From: Thermoplasmatales archaeon
Lineage (GTDB): Archaea; Thermoplasmatota; Thermoplasmata; Thermoplasmatales; Thermoplasmataceae
Reading direction: 5' to 3'
DNA: 64,000 bases
NCBI GenBank assembly: GCA_027310185.1
Contig: DAIDBH010000017.1
Span: 1 to 64,000, forward strand
Shown here: piece by piece, positions 50,731 through 60,345 of the stretch
Numbering within the stretch: position 1 is the first letter of the stretch
Layout of the letters: each line of letters starts with the position of its first letter
Translations under genes and position numbers: made by a program
The notes under the pieces: generated by a model
Database searches by the model: none
Seen by the model: the letters and a program-made list of their open reading frames with translations, nothing else
Told to the model about the DNA's origin: nothing

Positions 50731-51702
50731 TCACTCAACCATGGATTCCATAGGTTCAATATATGGTTCTGATTCTGTTATTCTGACCCTCAGATTGAGT
50801 GGGATTAACATCTGTTCATTTCCATGCCCAAAAGGTGCCATTGCAAGGGAGGGTTTTGCATTCTTTACCATGTATTCCTTAATCACATCTTCAATAGATG
50901 GCTTCCCTTCTCCCGAGGTTGATCTATTTTTGAATTCGCCGAATACAAATCCTGAGAGCTGGTTGATAGTGCCATTAAGCGTCATTATATCCAGATATCT
51001 TTCTATATCAACCGATCTTTCATTCGTGTCCTCGCAGAATAGAACCTTTCCATTGAATTCTGGCATATATGGCGTGCCAGTTAGGGATGAAAAGACGGAC
51101 ATGTTGGTTCCCATGGACCTCCCCTGTGCACTTCCTTCAACCACATATTTTACCAGTCTTTTTATGTAAGGCTTCAGATCTGACAGTTCTCCCCTGAAAA
51201 TCCTGAACATTATTTCCAGTTTTTCTCCACGAAATTCTTCTGTATCCGTATCTGGCATTGGACCATGGAATGTAACAAGTCCGGAAAGCTTATTTATGGC
51301 CATATGAAGATTTGTTATATCACTGTAGCCCATGAATATCTTGGGGTGCTCACGTATAACATCAAAGTCAAGAAACGGTAAAGTCTGTCTTGCACCATGG
51401 CCTCCTCTTGCACAGAATATTGCCTTTACATTATCGTCCGTAAAGGCATCCATTAATTCCTTAGCCCTTAATTCAGGGTTTGCAGAATGGTAATTATCCT
51501 GGTTAAGCTTTTTCACGTTGATGCCGTAAGTGACTCTATAACCAAGTTTAGTTATTTCTTCTGCAGATTGACTTAGAGGTATAATTTCAGGGTAACTTGA
51601 GGGAGCGATTATTCTTATTTCTTCACCTATTTTCAGTCTAGATGGTTTTATTACCTCTTTCTGTTCCTTATAATCTTCATAGCTTCCTTTCATTTTATTC
51701 AA
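50731..51702 (-). CDS. ldcA: S66 muramoyl-tetrapeptide LD-carboxypeptidase
   Basis: IIAPSS, ARGGHG, GYSDIT, FHGPM, CED, FGHG (Ser-Glu-His triad). Confidence 0.92.
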   Translation of the reverse strand: MNKMKGSYEDYKEQKEVIKPSRLKIGEEIRIIAPSSYPEIIPLSQSAEEITKLGYRVTYGINVKKLNQDNYHSANPELRAKELMDAFTDDNVKAIFCARGGHGARQTLPFLDFDVIREHPKIFMGYSDITNLHMAINKLSGLVTFHGPMPDTDTEEFRGEKLEIMFRIFRGELSDLKPYIKRLVKYVVEGSAQGRSMGTNMSVFSSLTGTPYMPEFNGKVLFCEDTNERSVDIERYLDIMTLNGTINQLSGFVFGEFKNRSTSGEGKPSIEDVIKEYMVKNAKPSLAMAPFGHGNEQMLIPLNLRVRITESEPYIEPMESMVE

Positions 51703-51901
51703 TTTGTAATATGGACTCCATATAATAAATTTTTAATTGGCTAAAAGAAACCTTTTACTAACTTCCTTGGAATAAATAATAAACAGAGTTTTTTAAATTC
51801 AAACACTGAATCCCCAAAAACTCTGTCAATAATATAATAGTAGAAATTGAAATTGAGCTTACAATAACATGATAAAATAAAAAAGTGATAAAGATTTGTT
51901 A

Positions 51902-51924
51902 TGCCAGAAATTATTTATCTGGCA
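51902..51924 (-). terminator. Hairpin followed by T-rich tract downstream of the peptide-binding protein gene
   Basis: TGCCAGA-N9-TCTGGCA about 15 bp after the stop; followed on the minus strand by CTTTTATCACTTTTTTATTTT. Confidence 0.5.
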
Positions 51925-51939
51925 CAATAGTTTTAAAAA

Positions 51940-54900
51940 TTAGTTTTTAGGTATTTTCGGTTTTCTAATGAGGAAAACACCAGCTACAGCTACGATTGCT
52001 ATAACAGCAACCACAACACCAACCACGACGTAAAGATAGGTACTTGATGTTGGCTTAACAACCTTCTCATTTACAGTGTAATTGACATATGTATATGCTG
52101 GAAGTATAGAACTGCCTGATGTGCTTGCCATTGCAACAATGCTTTCGTTGACGTCCACATATGTGCCCTTGCCAGTTGTTGAATTCCCAACTTTGAATGA
52201 GAATACCGCCACACCTGCGCTATTTGTTGTCAAGTTTAACCCGCTACTACCTACCGTTATTCCCTTCAGATCATAGGATGTTATATTCACGAAAGCTCCT
52301 GAAACCGGAGTCCCGTTCTTAGTAACTGTGAAAGTTATTTCACCTTTCTGACCTGTAGTGTAATTAGTGCTTCCTATTGAATATGACATTACAAGTGATG
52401 GGTTCATGACGAAGACGTTGTTGTATGTATATCCCGCACCTGTTTGGTTCTGATTTCCTACAGATGCAACTGCAGTGATGTTTATCTGCTGGTAATATAG
52501 ATACATTGGATTTCCTGATGAACCAATTGTTGTCATTAGTTTGGAAAGTGCTCTGGGAATTGTGAATGTGAAGTTTGTACTGTTTCCTGTAGATGTGTTG
52601 AAAGTGAATGCGCTGCTACTTATGCTTCCCGGTATTCCAGTCATTACTACAGTTATATTTGCATCTGTTACATTTGCTCCCGTATTGTTTTGAACAGTAT
52701 ACATGATAGTACCACTATTGCCTGCATAGAGATGAGAGTTCCCTGAATATTTAGAAGTGACTGACAGACTATTTTTCTCGTTTGTATTCAAGAGTTCTAT
52801 ATTAAGGTAAGTTGATGTTGTAGTTGTGTGAATATCCTTTGCTGGTGGGTTGACTGTTGCAGAAATGTTAACCTCTTCGTTAGGTAAATTGATAATCTGA
52901 CCACTTGATGATGTTGTTTGTAGAAGCAGGTTGAGATTATTGAATACCTGATACTTCCAGATTGCCTGTCCAGCTGAATTTGTGATGAGCTGGTTTGAAG
53001 TTGTGTTAATCAGACCTCTAGCTATGGATGAGACAGATATACTTACAATTGCCCCCTGCACTGGCATTCCTGTGGTCTTGTTAATAACGGTATAGGTTAT
53101 GCTTCCAGAGTTCCCTTCCTTTTCAACTAGAGCACCACTTAATTTCTGCTGCACCTCAATGTTGTACTTGTAGCTTACAGATGATGTTATCTTTGCCTTG
53201 TATACTTCTGTCAGGGTAAAGTAAAGACTGAAAAGGCTGTTGGAGTTTTCTGTTGTAAAGTTTGAGAATTGGCCTGTCTGGAATGCTTCCATATTAGTGA
53301 AATATCCAAGGTTTATGAGAGTTGCTTCTTCATTGATTAATGTCTGAATTTCCTTTGATAAATGAACTGCCTGTTGTATGGTCTCAGCCTGCAGTAATTC
53401 ATTTGATAGATTTGTTAGAAGTGAAGTAACCTGCTGACCTGAAAGATGCTTTCCGTTAAAGTTCAAAGAGGTATATGGTCCGAGCGTGCAACCAACACTG
53501 AAATAGGCTGGAGCATCATTAATGAATAGTGCACAAAGGTCGGCTGGATCGCCAGATTCTGTCCCCTGTCCATATATTGCCATCTGGTAGAAGTTTCCCT
53601 TCCCAGTTACGGTTTGGTATATATTGTCAAACATGGTTGAATATGCCTCTTCCTTTATGATCGTCTTGATCCCAAGAGCTGCGAATGATGTTGACATCTC
53701 ATTAGCAATTTCAACTGCACAGGGAGTTTCACTTCCAGGTGCGATCTGGAGTTCTATGCTTACCTGCTTTCCATTGTAGGTCAATGTGCCTGATTGATTG
53801 CTCATTCCAGGAATACTCTTGATCATGGAACTTGCCTTTTGCATATTATAGGTATATTGAGGACTAGTTGAATTATACCAAAGTACATTACATGGTGGTA
53901 CAGTGTTCGACGAAGGTGTTAAAAGTCCGTCATAGACTGTACCATCAATGGTTTGATAGGGTGTTGCATAACTCAAAGCCTGCCTGAAAGTGGTGATATT
54001 CAATGGAGTTTCGTTCTCATTGATTCTCACAGCACAGAATACCTGAGATGGCTTTACGTAAATATATGCTCCCGGTGTTCCTTTAACCAGTGAAAGGAAA
54101 GACGGAGATACTGGAAGGAGATCTAGCTGTCCCTTTGTGAAAGCGGCAACCATTGAAGACTGCGAAGAATAGTATGGCTGATAGAACTCATATATTTTTG
54201 GAGAGTATTGTCTCAAGCCACTGCTTTTGTTTGCATATTGAGCGAAGAAGTAAGGATTGACATAGTATTTATTATATTGATTTGGCAAGATTCCTCCTTC
54301 CGGCATTCCGTATCCATTGTTTACCATGAAAGGCCCATCCCCTACCAATCCCGGAGCAGAACCTGTTGCAGTGTTCCAGCCAAGGTCCCATCCATAATAA
54401 CCATTTCCTGATGAAATGCCAGGAGTATAGTTGAAAAGTCCTTTTACACTTGTAAAGTCATGGTGAACCCATATGTGGTAAGGAAGTATGTAAGATTCAA
54501 GAGAACTTGAACGTATTAACAGTGTTGGCTTCGGTACGAATATCTTGACAGAAAGGTTTCCATTTGGAATTACATTGACTACTCCTGGCCACCCTCCCAG
54601 TGCAGACTCCATTCTCCAGCTAAGAACAACATCAGCAGACTGCAGATAATACTTTTTCATAACGGTTGGTGAATAGCTTGTATATGTGTGTGTGAAAGGT
54701 GCTCCTGTTGCATTGTTATAATCAACCTTGTTCGAGAAGGTGTATGTTTGTGAAGCATTTGCTTTTGACCAGTCCGTCCACTGGACATACGGTCTCAGAT
54801 TTACCGTGTATACATATGAGTAATTTACCATGCTACCTGTTTCAATGTCAAAGGTTTTATTGTTTGACGTGACGTGAGTTAATGTATAGTTTGTTGCCAG

Positions 54901-55254
54901 CCATGGTTCAATCTGTCCATTAGGCATTGTTTTGTATAAACTTCCATATATTAACTGATAGATAAACAAATCACCAAATGTTATACCTGTGAATGTATTC
55001 AAATCGCCTATAGTATAGTCTAAACCACAGGTGAACGTTCCATTGGTATAACCGGGCTCTTGCATGGTAGTTGTTGGCATTTGCCACGGAGTTGCTGATG
55101 AACTTTCAGGCTGCGCACCCAACTGACTAATCTGACTAATACCAGTATTTGCTGAGGATGTATTAATTGGTACTGATGCTCCAAATACAAAAAATGCGGA
55201 GCCTACCATTAACAATACCATAAATACTGATAAAACAATTTTCTTATTTATCAT
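51940..55254 (-). CDS. Large ABC family-5 (OppA/DppA-like) peptide-binding protein with C-terminal beta-rich stalk and TM anchor
   Basis: Signal peptide; LIYGSL..PWLA, SADVVLSW, ILPYHIW, GDGPF, PLNITTFRQAL; repeated PVxGAxV...TNSAG Ig-like units; C-terminal TM helix. Confidence 0.88.
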   Translation of the reverse strand: MINKKIVLSVFMVLLMVGSAFFVFGASVPINTSSANTGISQISQLGAQPESSSATPWQMPTTTMQEPGYTNGTFTCGLDYTIGDLNTFTGITFGDLFIYQLIYGSLYKTMPNGQIEPWLATNYTLTHVTSNNKTFDIETGSMVNYSYVYTVNLRPYVQWTDWSKANASQTYTFSNKVDYNNATGAPFTHTYTSYSPTVMKKYYLQSADVVLSWRMESALGGWPGVVNVIPNGNLSVKIFVPKPTLLIRSSSLESYILPYHIWVHHDFTSVKGLFNYTPGISSGNGYYGWDLGWNTATGSAPGLVGDGPFMVNNGYGMPEGGILPNQYNKYYVNPYFFAQYANKSSGLRQYSPKIYEFYQPYYSSQSSMVAAFTKGQLDLLPVSPSFLSLVKGTPGAYIYVKPSQVFCAVRINENETPLNITTFRQALSYATPYQTIDGTVYDGLLTPSSNTVPPCNVLWYNSTSPQYTYNMQKASSMIKSIPGMSNQSGTLTYNGKQVSIELQIAPGSETPCAVEIANEMSTSFAALGIKTIIKEEAYSTMFDNIYQTVTGKGNFYQMAIYGQGTESGDPADLCALFINDAPAYFSVGCTLGPYTSLNFNGKHLSGQQVTSLLTNLSNELLQAETIQQAVHLSKEIQTLINEEATLINLGYFTNMEAFQTGQFSNFTTENSNSLFSLYFTLTEVYKAKITSSVSYKYNIEVQQKLSGALVEKEGNSGSITYTVINKTTGMPVQGAIVSISVSSIARGLINTTSNQLITNSAGQAIWKYQVFNNLNLLLQTTSSSGQIINLPNEEVNISATVNPPAKDIHTTTTSTYLNIELLNTNEKNSLSVTSKYSGNSHLYAGNSGTIMYTVQNNTGANVTDANITVVMTGIPGSISSSAFTFNTSTGNSTNFTFTIPRALSKLMTTIGSSGNPMYLYYQQINITAVASVGNQNQTGAGYTYNNVFVMNPSLVMSYSIGSTNYTTGQKGEITFTVTKNGTPVSGAFVNITSYDLKGITVGSSGLNLTTNSAGVAVFSFKVGNSTTGKGTYVDVNESIVAMASTSGSSILPAYTYVNYTVNEKVVKPTSSTYLYVVVGVVVAVIAIVAVAGVFLIRKPKIPKN

Positions 55255-55488
55255 TCGACTGGAATCTAATTACATATTAATAAACATTTTCATGAATTTT
55301 TTTACAACATAAAAATTTTAATAGGCGTAAGCAATTCGGTTTTTATCGTTAATTTATAAATTCTATGTGTTGATTGCCAGTTTCAAATTATTAAACTTTT
55401 TACAAAATAATAACTAATTATTTTATACATTCCATCGTATTCCTTATTCAATTTCAAAAATTTAATTATTTGATTCCCATTTCTTTTT

Positions 55489-56598
55489 ATGGAAATACAT
55501 AAAAATAATTTGATTTCTTACTGTTTTATGGATTCGGATGGTAATGAACTCCAGTCAATTAATGGAGACTTGCCACTGATACCTGCTTCAAATATGAAAT
55601 TGGTAACCTCCCTATGTGCACTGGAATTACTTGGACCTGATTATGTGTTTACCACAAAGTTTTATTCGGCGAAAAAAGATCTGCACATTTCTGGAGATCC
55701 GACTTTCTTTTTGAACAGAAGTGAATGCAAGAATATAATGAAGGAATTAGACACAAAAAATCCAGACCCTATTCATTTTGAAATGCCGAGAATTGACAGG
55801 GAGTTTTACAACAGTGACTGGGTTTATGGTGATTCAAAATATAGTTATCAACCAAGAATTTCAAATTTTTTCGTTGATGAGAATTGCGAGATTAAAAAGG
55901 ATTTCAAATTCGATGATGCTGATTTCAACTATATTCATCAGAATGAACATTTATTTCTGCCTGTTAAAAATCCTGATAGGAATTTAGTAGAGGCATTTTC
56001 AGGCCAGAAAGATGTGAAAATAATGAGGCCCAGTGCGTCTATAGGTAACAATTTTCAAAAAATAAGTGTTCATAAGGCAAATATAAGGGATGTTCTGAGA
56101 CATATTCTTTATGAAAGCTGTAATTTTTATGCTGAAGTCATATTCAAGTATCTTTCCAGTTCAGAGAAATCAAAGGGAACATGGAAAGACTCGTCTAGTC
56201 TGATTATGGATTATCTTTCTAAGATAAGAGGATCTGAAAATGTAAGAATTACAGATGGGTCTGGACTTAGCAGGGAGAATTATCTAACTACTGGATTTCT
56301 CTCTAACATGCTTCTGTATGCAAGGAGAAATTTTGGTAAAAGTTTTATAGAATTGATGCCGACCTCAGGATATGGAACACTCAGGAAACGTCTAGATTCG
56401 TTGAAGGATTTTGGGATTTATGCAAAAACCGGAACCCTATCCGGTGTTTCTGCTCTCAGTGGTTATATTAGTTCATTGGACGTTACATTCTCAATAATTA
56501 TCAATAACAGCCTAGATGATGGAGCAATTCGCCAGAAAGAAATAGATGGAATTTTATCAGAGTTTATCAATGGGTATAAGAAAAAACATTATTCCTGA
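55489..56598 (+). CDS. dacB: D-Ala-D-Ala carboxypeptidase/endopeptidase, S13 (PBP4-like)
   Basis: PASNMK (SxxK), SCNFYAE (SxN), DGSGLSREN, GTLRKR, AKTGTL; no signal peptide. Confidence 0.92.
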   Translation: MEIHKNNLISYCFMDSDGNELQSINGDLPLIPASNMKLVTSLCALELLGPDYVFTTKFYSAKKDLHISGDPTFFLNRSECKNIMKELDTKNPDPIHFEMPRIDREFYNSDWVYGDSKYSYQPRISNFFVDENCEIKKDFKFDDADFNYIHQNEHLFLPVKNPDRNLVEAFSGQKDVKIMRPSASIGNNFQKISVHKANIRDVLRHILYESCNFYAEVIFKYLSSSEKSKGTWKDSSSLIMDYLSKIRGSENVRITDGSGLSRENYLTTGFLSNMLLYARRNFGKSFIELMPTSGYGTLRKRLDSLKDFGIYAKTGTLSGVSALSGYISSLDVTFSIIINNSLDDGAIRQKEIDGILSEFINGYKKKHYS

Positions 56599-56675
56599 AG
56601 ATGTAAATTTCTATTTTCCCTTTTTCATTTGAGCGGCAACTACTGGAAAAGAATTGTTGAAATAATTCATCTTTT

Positions 56676-57584
56676 CTATTTTTTATAATTGTCATGGTTC
56701 AAAAGTGATAATGACATTATCTGAAATTTTCTTGTGATCTTGAAACCGTATCTTGAATACAAATGGGAGGCCTTCTCTGATGTCCAGAGAAAATATGCAT
56801 GCCTGATCCCATTTGCTTTCATGTTGATCAGCGTGGTGGTTAATAACCTGCCCCCGATCCCCATGGATCGGTAAGCTTCCAGAACCTCGAAACAACCAAA
56901 TCTCTCGCCCGGAGAAAATTCAAATGGACCTTCTCCACTTGCGTACATGGAATAACCAACAATCCTATTATCCAGTTTTGCAATTGAGATTTGATCCAAG
57001 CTTCCATGTTTTATTACACCTTCAACTCTCAGATAGCAATCATAGGGAAAATTACTTCTTACCATTTTTAGAAGTTCTTCGGTTTCTTCAATTTTTAAGT
57101 TTCTGATCTCTGCTTCATTTTTTTCCTTTTGAGTATAGTGGATTTCTCCTATGTCTGCTTCCATAGCCAGGGCTTCTGAATCTAAACTGAAACCAAGTTC
57201 CGTGAGTAAGTCATAAAGCTCAGGATATTTCTCTTTATCGATGCCTGGAAAAAAATATCCAGGTGAAAAATTGGAATAATATATTCTTTCAATACCCATA
57301 TCCCTTGCATATTCTATTTGCTTCTTCAAAAGTTTAATAAATTCTATTCTATCGGTGAATCCAGCACAAATTACCCATGCTTCCTTCCCTGAATTTTCCT
57401 CTCTGGGCTCACCCCTTCTTTTACATAGAAGCGAGAAGGCACCTTCATTTACCTGCTCACCTATTGGAACCACATGTGGATTTTGAAAATATTTCCTTTC
57501 CAGCTGAAATAGGGATGTTGGATCAAATTTATAGAACTTATTCCAGATTTCCAGTATTCTTTCTCTTTCTATACCCTTAATCAT
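56676..57584 (-). CDS. Tandem GNAT acetyltransferase, GlmA-like glucosamine N-acetyltransferase candidate
   Basis: Two GNAT halves; FSPGYFFPGID..YP, ERFGCF, YRSMGIG, YFLWT..LYSRYGF. Confidence 0.75.
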   Translation of the reverse strand: MIKGIERERILEIWNKFYKFDPTSLFQLERKYFQNPHVVPIGEQVNEGAFSLLCKRRGEPREENSGKEAWVICAGFTDRIEFIKLLKKQIEYARDMGIERIYYSNFSPGYFFPGIDKEKYPELYDLLTELGFSLDSEALAMEADIGEIHYTQKEKNEAEIRNLKIEETEELLKMVRSNFPYDCYLRVEGVIKHGSLDQISIAKLDNRIVGYSMYASGEGPFEFSPGERFGCFEVLEAYRSMGIGGRLLTTTLINMKANGIRHAYFLWTSEKASHLYSRYGFKITRKFQIMSLSLLNHDNYKK

Positions 57585-57842
57585 TATTTTTGGAATCCTT
57601 AAGGCCTTAACTACATTTTCTATAAGTTTACCATGTGAGTGAACCTATCAAACTCTCGATTGTATTTATTTGAATTGCTTAACTTAAGGGAACTGAATTA
57701 AGAAGATGAAATGCAATAAAGTGGGAACGATTTGAAGCCTGAATGGATAAGACATACTGGTTATGAGTTTAGTGTTTTTGTGATATAAAAACTTTAATAA
57801 TAGAGATTGAATATTTATAAAGCACATCGAGATGTGGTTCTA

Positions 57843-58577
57843 ATGTGCCGCATGTTTTCTTTGTCTGGCGATTTCTCTAATGAATACCGAAAAATAATGA
57901 CATCTTTTCTTGACGTCACCAGACACGATCCTCTTTCTACGAACAGCGATGGAAGTTTCACGTCTCACGATCATGGTTATGGCTATGTCCACTATGATAA
58001 TTCTTCTCTGGAGTTTTTCAGATCAAAAACCCCTGTTTTTGAATCACTTATTTCAGACTTCACGTCAGGACAGTTTATCATGCATGCGAGAAAAGCAGCC
58101 CCTGGAGAACCAATTGGGACACTGGAGAGTCATCCACATTATGAAGTTGATGAAGATTATGAGGTATTTCTCGCGCACAATGGGTGGTTTGATAAAAAGG
58201 CAATTGCCATGGAGCTTGGCATTAATAACTATGGAAGATACGTGGACAGCCAGCTATTTCTTAAGTATGTTATTTCATTCGATGGTGAATTCAGAAATCG
58301 TCTGGAAAGAGCCCTCTCCTTTGCTAAGGAGAAAGAATTGATAAAGTCAACTGCCAATCTGATGATTCTCTCAATAGATCGTAACACCCGGGAATCAAGG
58401 CTATATTACTATACTGATGTTAAGGAAGGTCGGGAATATGGCGATTATGTGAGACTATACCACGGGAAGACTGACCGCTGGAATGGAGTGTTTTCCTCAA
58501 GCATTATACAATCTGATTTCTTCCCGAAAAATGTATCTACGGAAGAAGTGAAGAGAGGTGTTGTAAATGAATTATAA
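57843..58577 (+). CDS. Class II glutamine amidotransferase-fold (Ntn) hydrolase, EgtC/DUG3-like
   Basis: Starts MCRM (catalytic Cys2), HDHGYG, HARKA, HP, AHNG, DS; start moved to 57843. Confidence 0.85.
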   Translation: MCRMFSLSGDFSNEYRKIMTSFLDVTRHDPLSTNSDGSFTSHDHGYGYVHYDNSSLEFFRSKTPVFESLISDFTSGQFIMHARKAAPGEPIGTLESHPHYEVDEDYEVFLAHNGWFDKKAIAMELGINNYGRYVDSQLFLKYVISFDGEFRNRLERALSFAKEKELIKSTANLMILSIDRNTRESRLYYYTDVKEGREYGDYVRLYHGKTDRWNGVFSSSIIQSDFFPKNVSTEEVKRGVVNEL

Positions 58578-58814
58578 TTTTCTGTGAATTGAAAGAAAAC
58601 CTGTTTAACTAGAAGTGATGATATTTTAGCTGTTTTATTCCTTACTTCCTTAACAACGAGATTGACTAATAACGTTAGAAATTCATACTTTTTTAAAGAT
58701 TGGCCAAAAGAAAAATCATAAAACTTTGAACATGAAATTCATTTAAATAACATGAGGCTAAGACTAATATACAGTTTCCATTACTGTTAGGTATAATTAG
58801 GGTGGTGACAAGTT

Positions 58815-60107
58815 TTGGAAATTCCTTTGGAATTCAGATCATTGAATGAGATTGCAGGCCTGATAAAAAGTAAGGAAATTTCTCCGTGCTACATTTTGGA
58901 AAGACTCATTGAACGGATTGAAAAACTGGATACAAAAGTCCAAAGTTATGCAAGACTGAACTCAAACGCGCTGGAAGAATGCAGGAAGATAGTAAGGCTG
59001 TCAGAATATGTAATGCCAGTTTCAGTTAAAGATTTATTTGACACCAAGAACATTGAAACAAATTATGGTTCAATGATCTATAGAGGTAACATTCCCGGGA
59101 AAGATGCAACCGTGGTAAAAAATATCAGGAAAAAAGGTGGGATAATTATAGGCAAAACAGTAACCCATGAGTTTGCGCTTGGGATCACATCATCTCCTAC
59201 AAAGAACCCATGGGACCTTAGAAGAATTCCTGGAGGTTCAAGCGGGGGATCTGCTGCAGCTGTAGCAGCTGGAATGTCAGTGTTTGCTACTGGAACAGAT
59301 ACGGGTGGGTCCATAAGGATTCCAGCAGCAATGTGTGGTGTTACTGGCTTGAAACCAACTTATGAGTTAATATCGAGATCTGGGATTTTCCCTGAATCAT
59401 GGTCCCTTGATCACGCAGGTACCATAACGAGGTATGCAAGCGATCTGATTCTCGAACTGGAATTCATGACTGGAAAAATCTATTCCAGTAAAAGGGAGGG
59501 AACAGAAAACTTAAAAGTCGGAGTTGCCTGGGAATTGTTTGACTATTGTGAACCTGGGGTGCGGAAGGCTTCATTAGCTGCCCTTGAGAAAATTAGAGGT
59601 GAACTGAATATTGAATATACTGGTGTTAGAGAGGAGAACCTAAAATTTAAAGAAATGAAGAGACTTCATGAAATTATTGATACATGTGAAATAGCACTAA
59701 TTCACAGGGAGAACTATGCTAAATATCCAGACAGCTATTTGAAAAGTTCTATTGAGCAGATAGAAGAAGGTCTGTCCTTCAAAGCAGTGGAGTACATAAA
59801 TGCAAAAAGAAGCAGAAAAAAGTACAGGGAACTACTGGATGCAAAGTTTAGGAACCTGGATGTAATTTTAATCCCTACGCTGAAAGATGTGGCTCCAATC
59901 ATAGATAACAAAAAAAATACAAGTGAACATGATAATAATTCTGAAATAGATTTTCTTTCGCCATTGAATTATTCAGGAAACCCAGCAATATCTATTCCAG
60001 TTGGTTTTTCCAAGGAGCTCCCAGTTGGTATGCAGGTGATCGGCAGGAATAATTCGGACTTGAAATGCATTGAATTTGCTTCCCTTGTGCAGGACCGAAC
60101 AGATTGA
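58815..60107 (+). CDS. Amidase-signature family amidase
   Basis: VKDLFDT, GKTVTHEFA, PGGSSGGSAAAV, GTDTGGSIRIPA, LPVGMQ; last ~10 residues appear cut by a TGA. Confidence 0.93.
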   Translation: MEIPLEFRSLNEIAGLIKSKEISPCYILERLIERIEKLDTKVQSYARLNSNALEECRKIVRLSEYVMPVSVKDLFDTKNIETNYGSMIYRGNIPGKDATVVKNIRKKGGIIIGKTVTHEFALGITSSPTKNPWDLRRIPGGSSGGSAAAVAAGMSVFATGTDTGGSIRIPAAMCGVTGLKPTYELISRSGIFPESWSLDHAGTITRYASDLILELEFMTGKIYSSKREGTENLKVGVAWELFDYCEPGVRKASLAALEKIRGELNIEYTGVREENLKFKEMKRLHEIIDTCEIALIHRENYAKYPDSYLKSSIEQIEEGLSFKAVEYINAKRSRKKYRELLDAKFRNLDVILIPTLKDVAPIIDNKKNTSEHDNNSEIDFLSPLNYSGNPAISIPVGFSKELPVGMQVIGRNNSDLKCIEFASLVQDRTD

Positions 60108-60345
60108 CATAAAACGATTCCGCCTGGCTTTTCCTGAACAATGATCTCTTAGGCAGAGTATGACCAGATTTAGAAAATAATAAACACATATACCTCAAAA
60201 TTCCATTATATGACCAGAATCAAATACAGAAGGAGCACTTGCTTCTAATACACGACATGAAGATGCATCTGCCAGTTTATTGCCTATGAAAATTTTCATA
60301 TTTTTTTTAAATAAATTTATCGTTTCAAATAACATACTGGATTCA

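Noticed and set aside
55489-56598. dacB as evidence of peptidoglycan synthesis
   Set aside because: No Mur ligases, MraY, MurG or transglycosylases in the window; neighbouring PG genes are catabolic.
58815-60107. GatA subunit of Glu-tRNA amidotransferase
   Set aside because: No gatB/gatC nearby, and it has THEFA rather than the GatA-typical MDEFAM.
60105-60107. Genome-wide TGA=Trp recoding
   Set aside because: Many genes end cleanly at TGA and use TGG for Trp; this is an isolated case.
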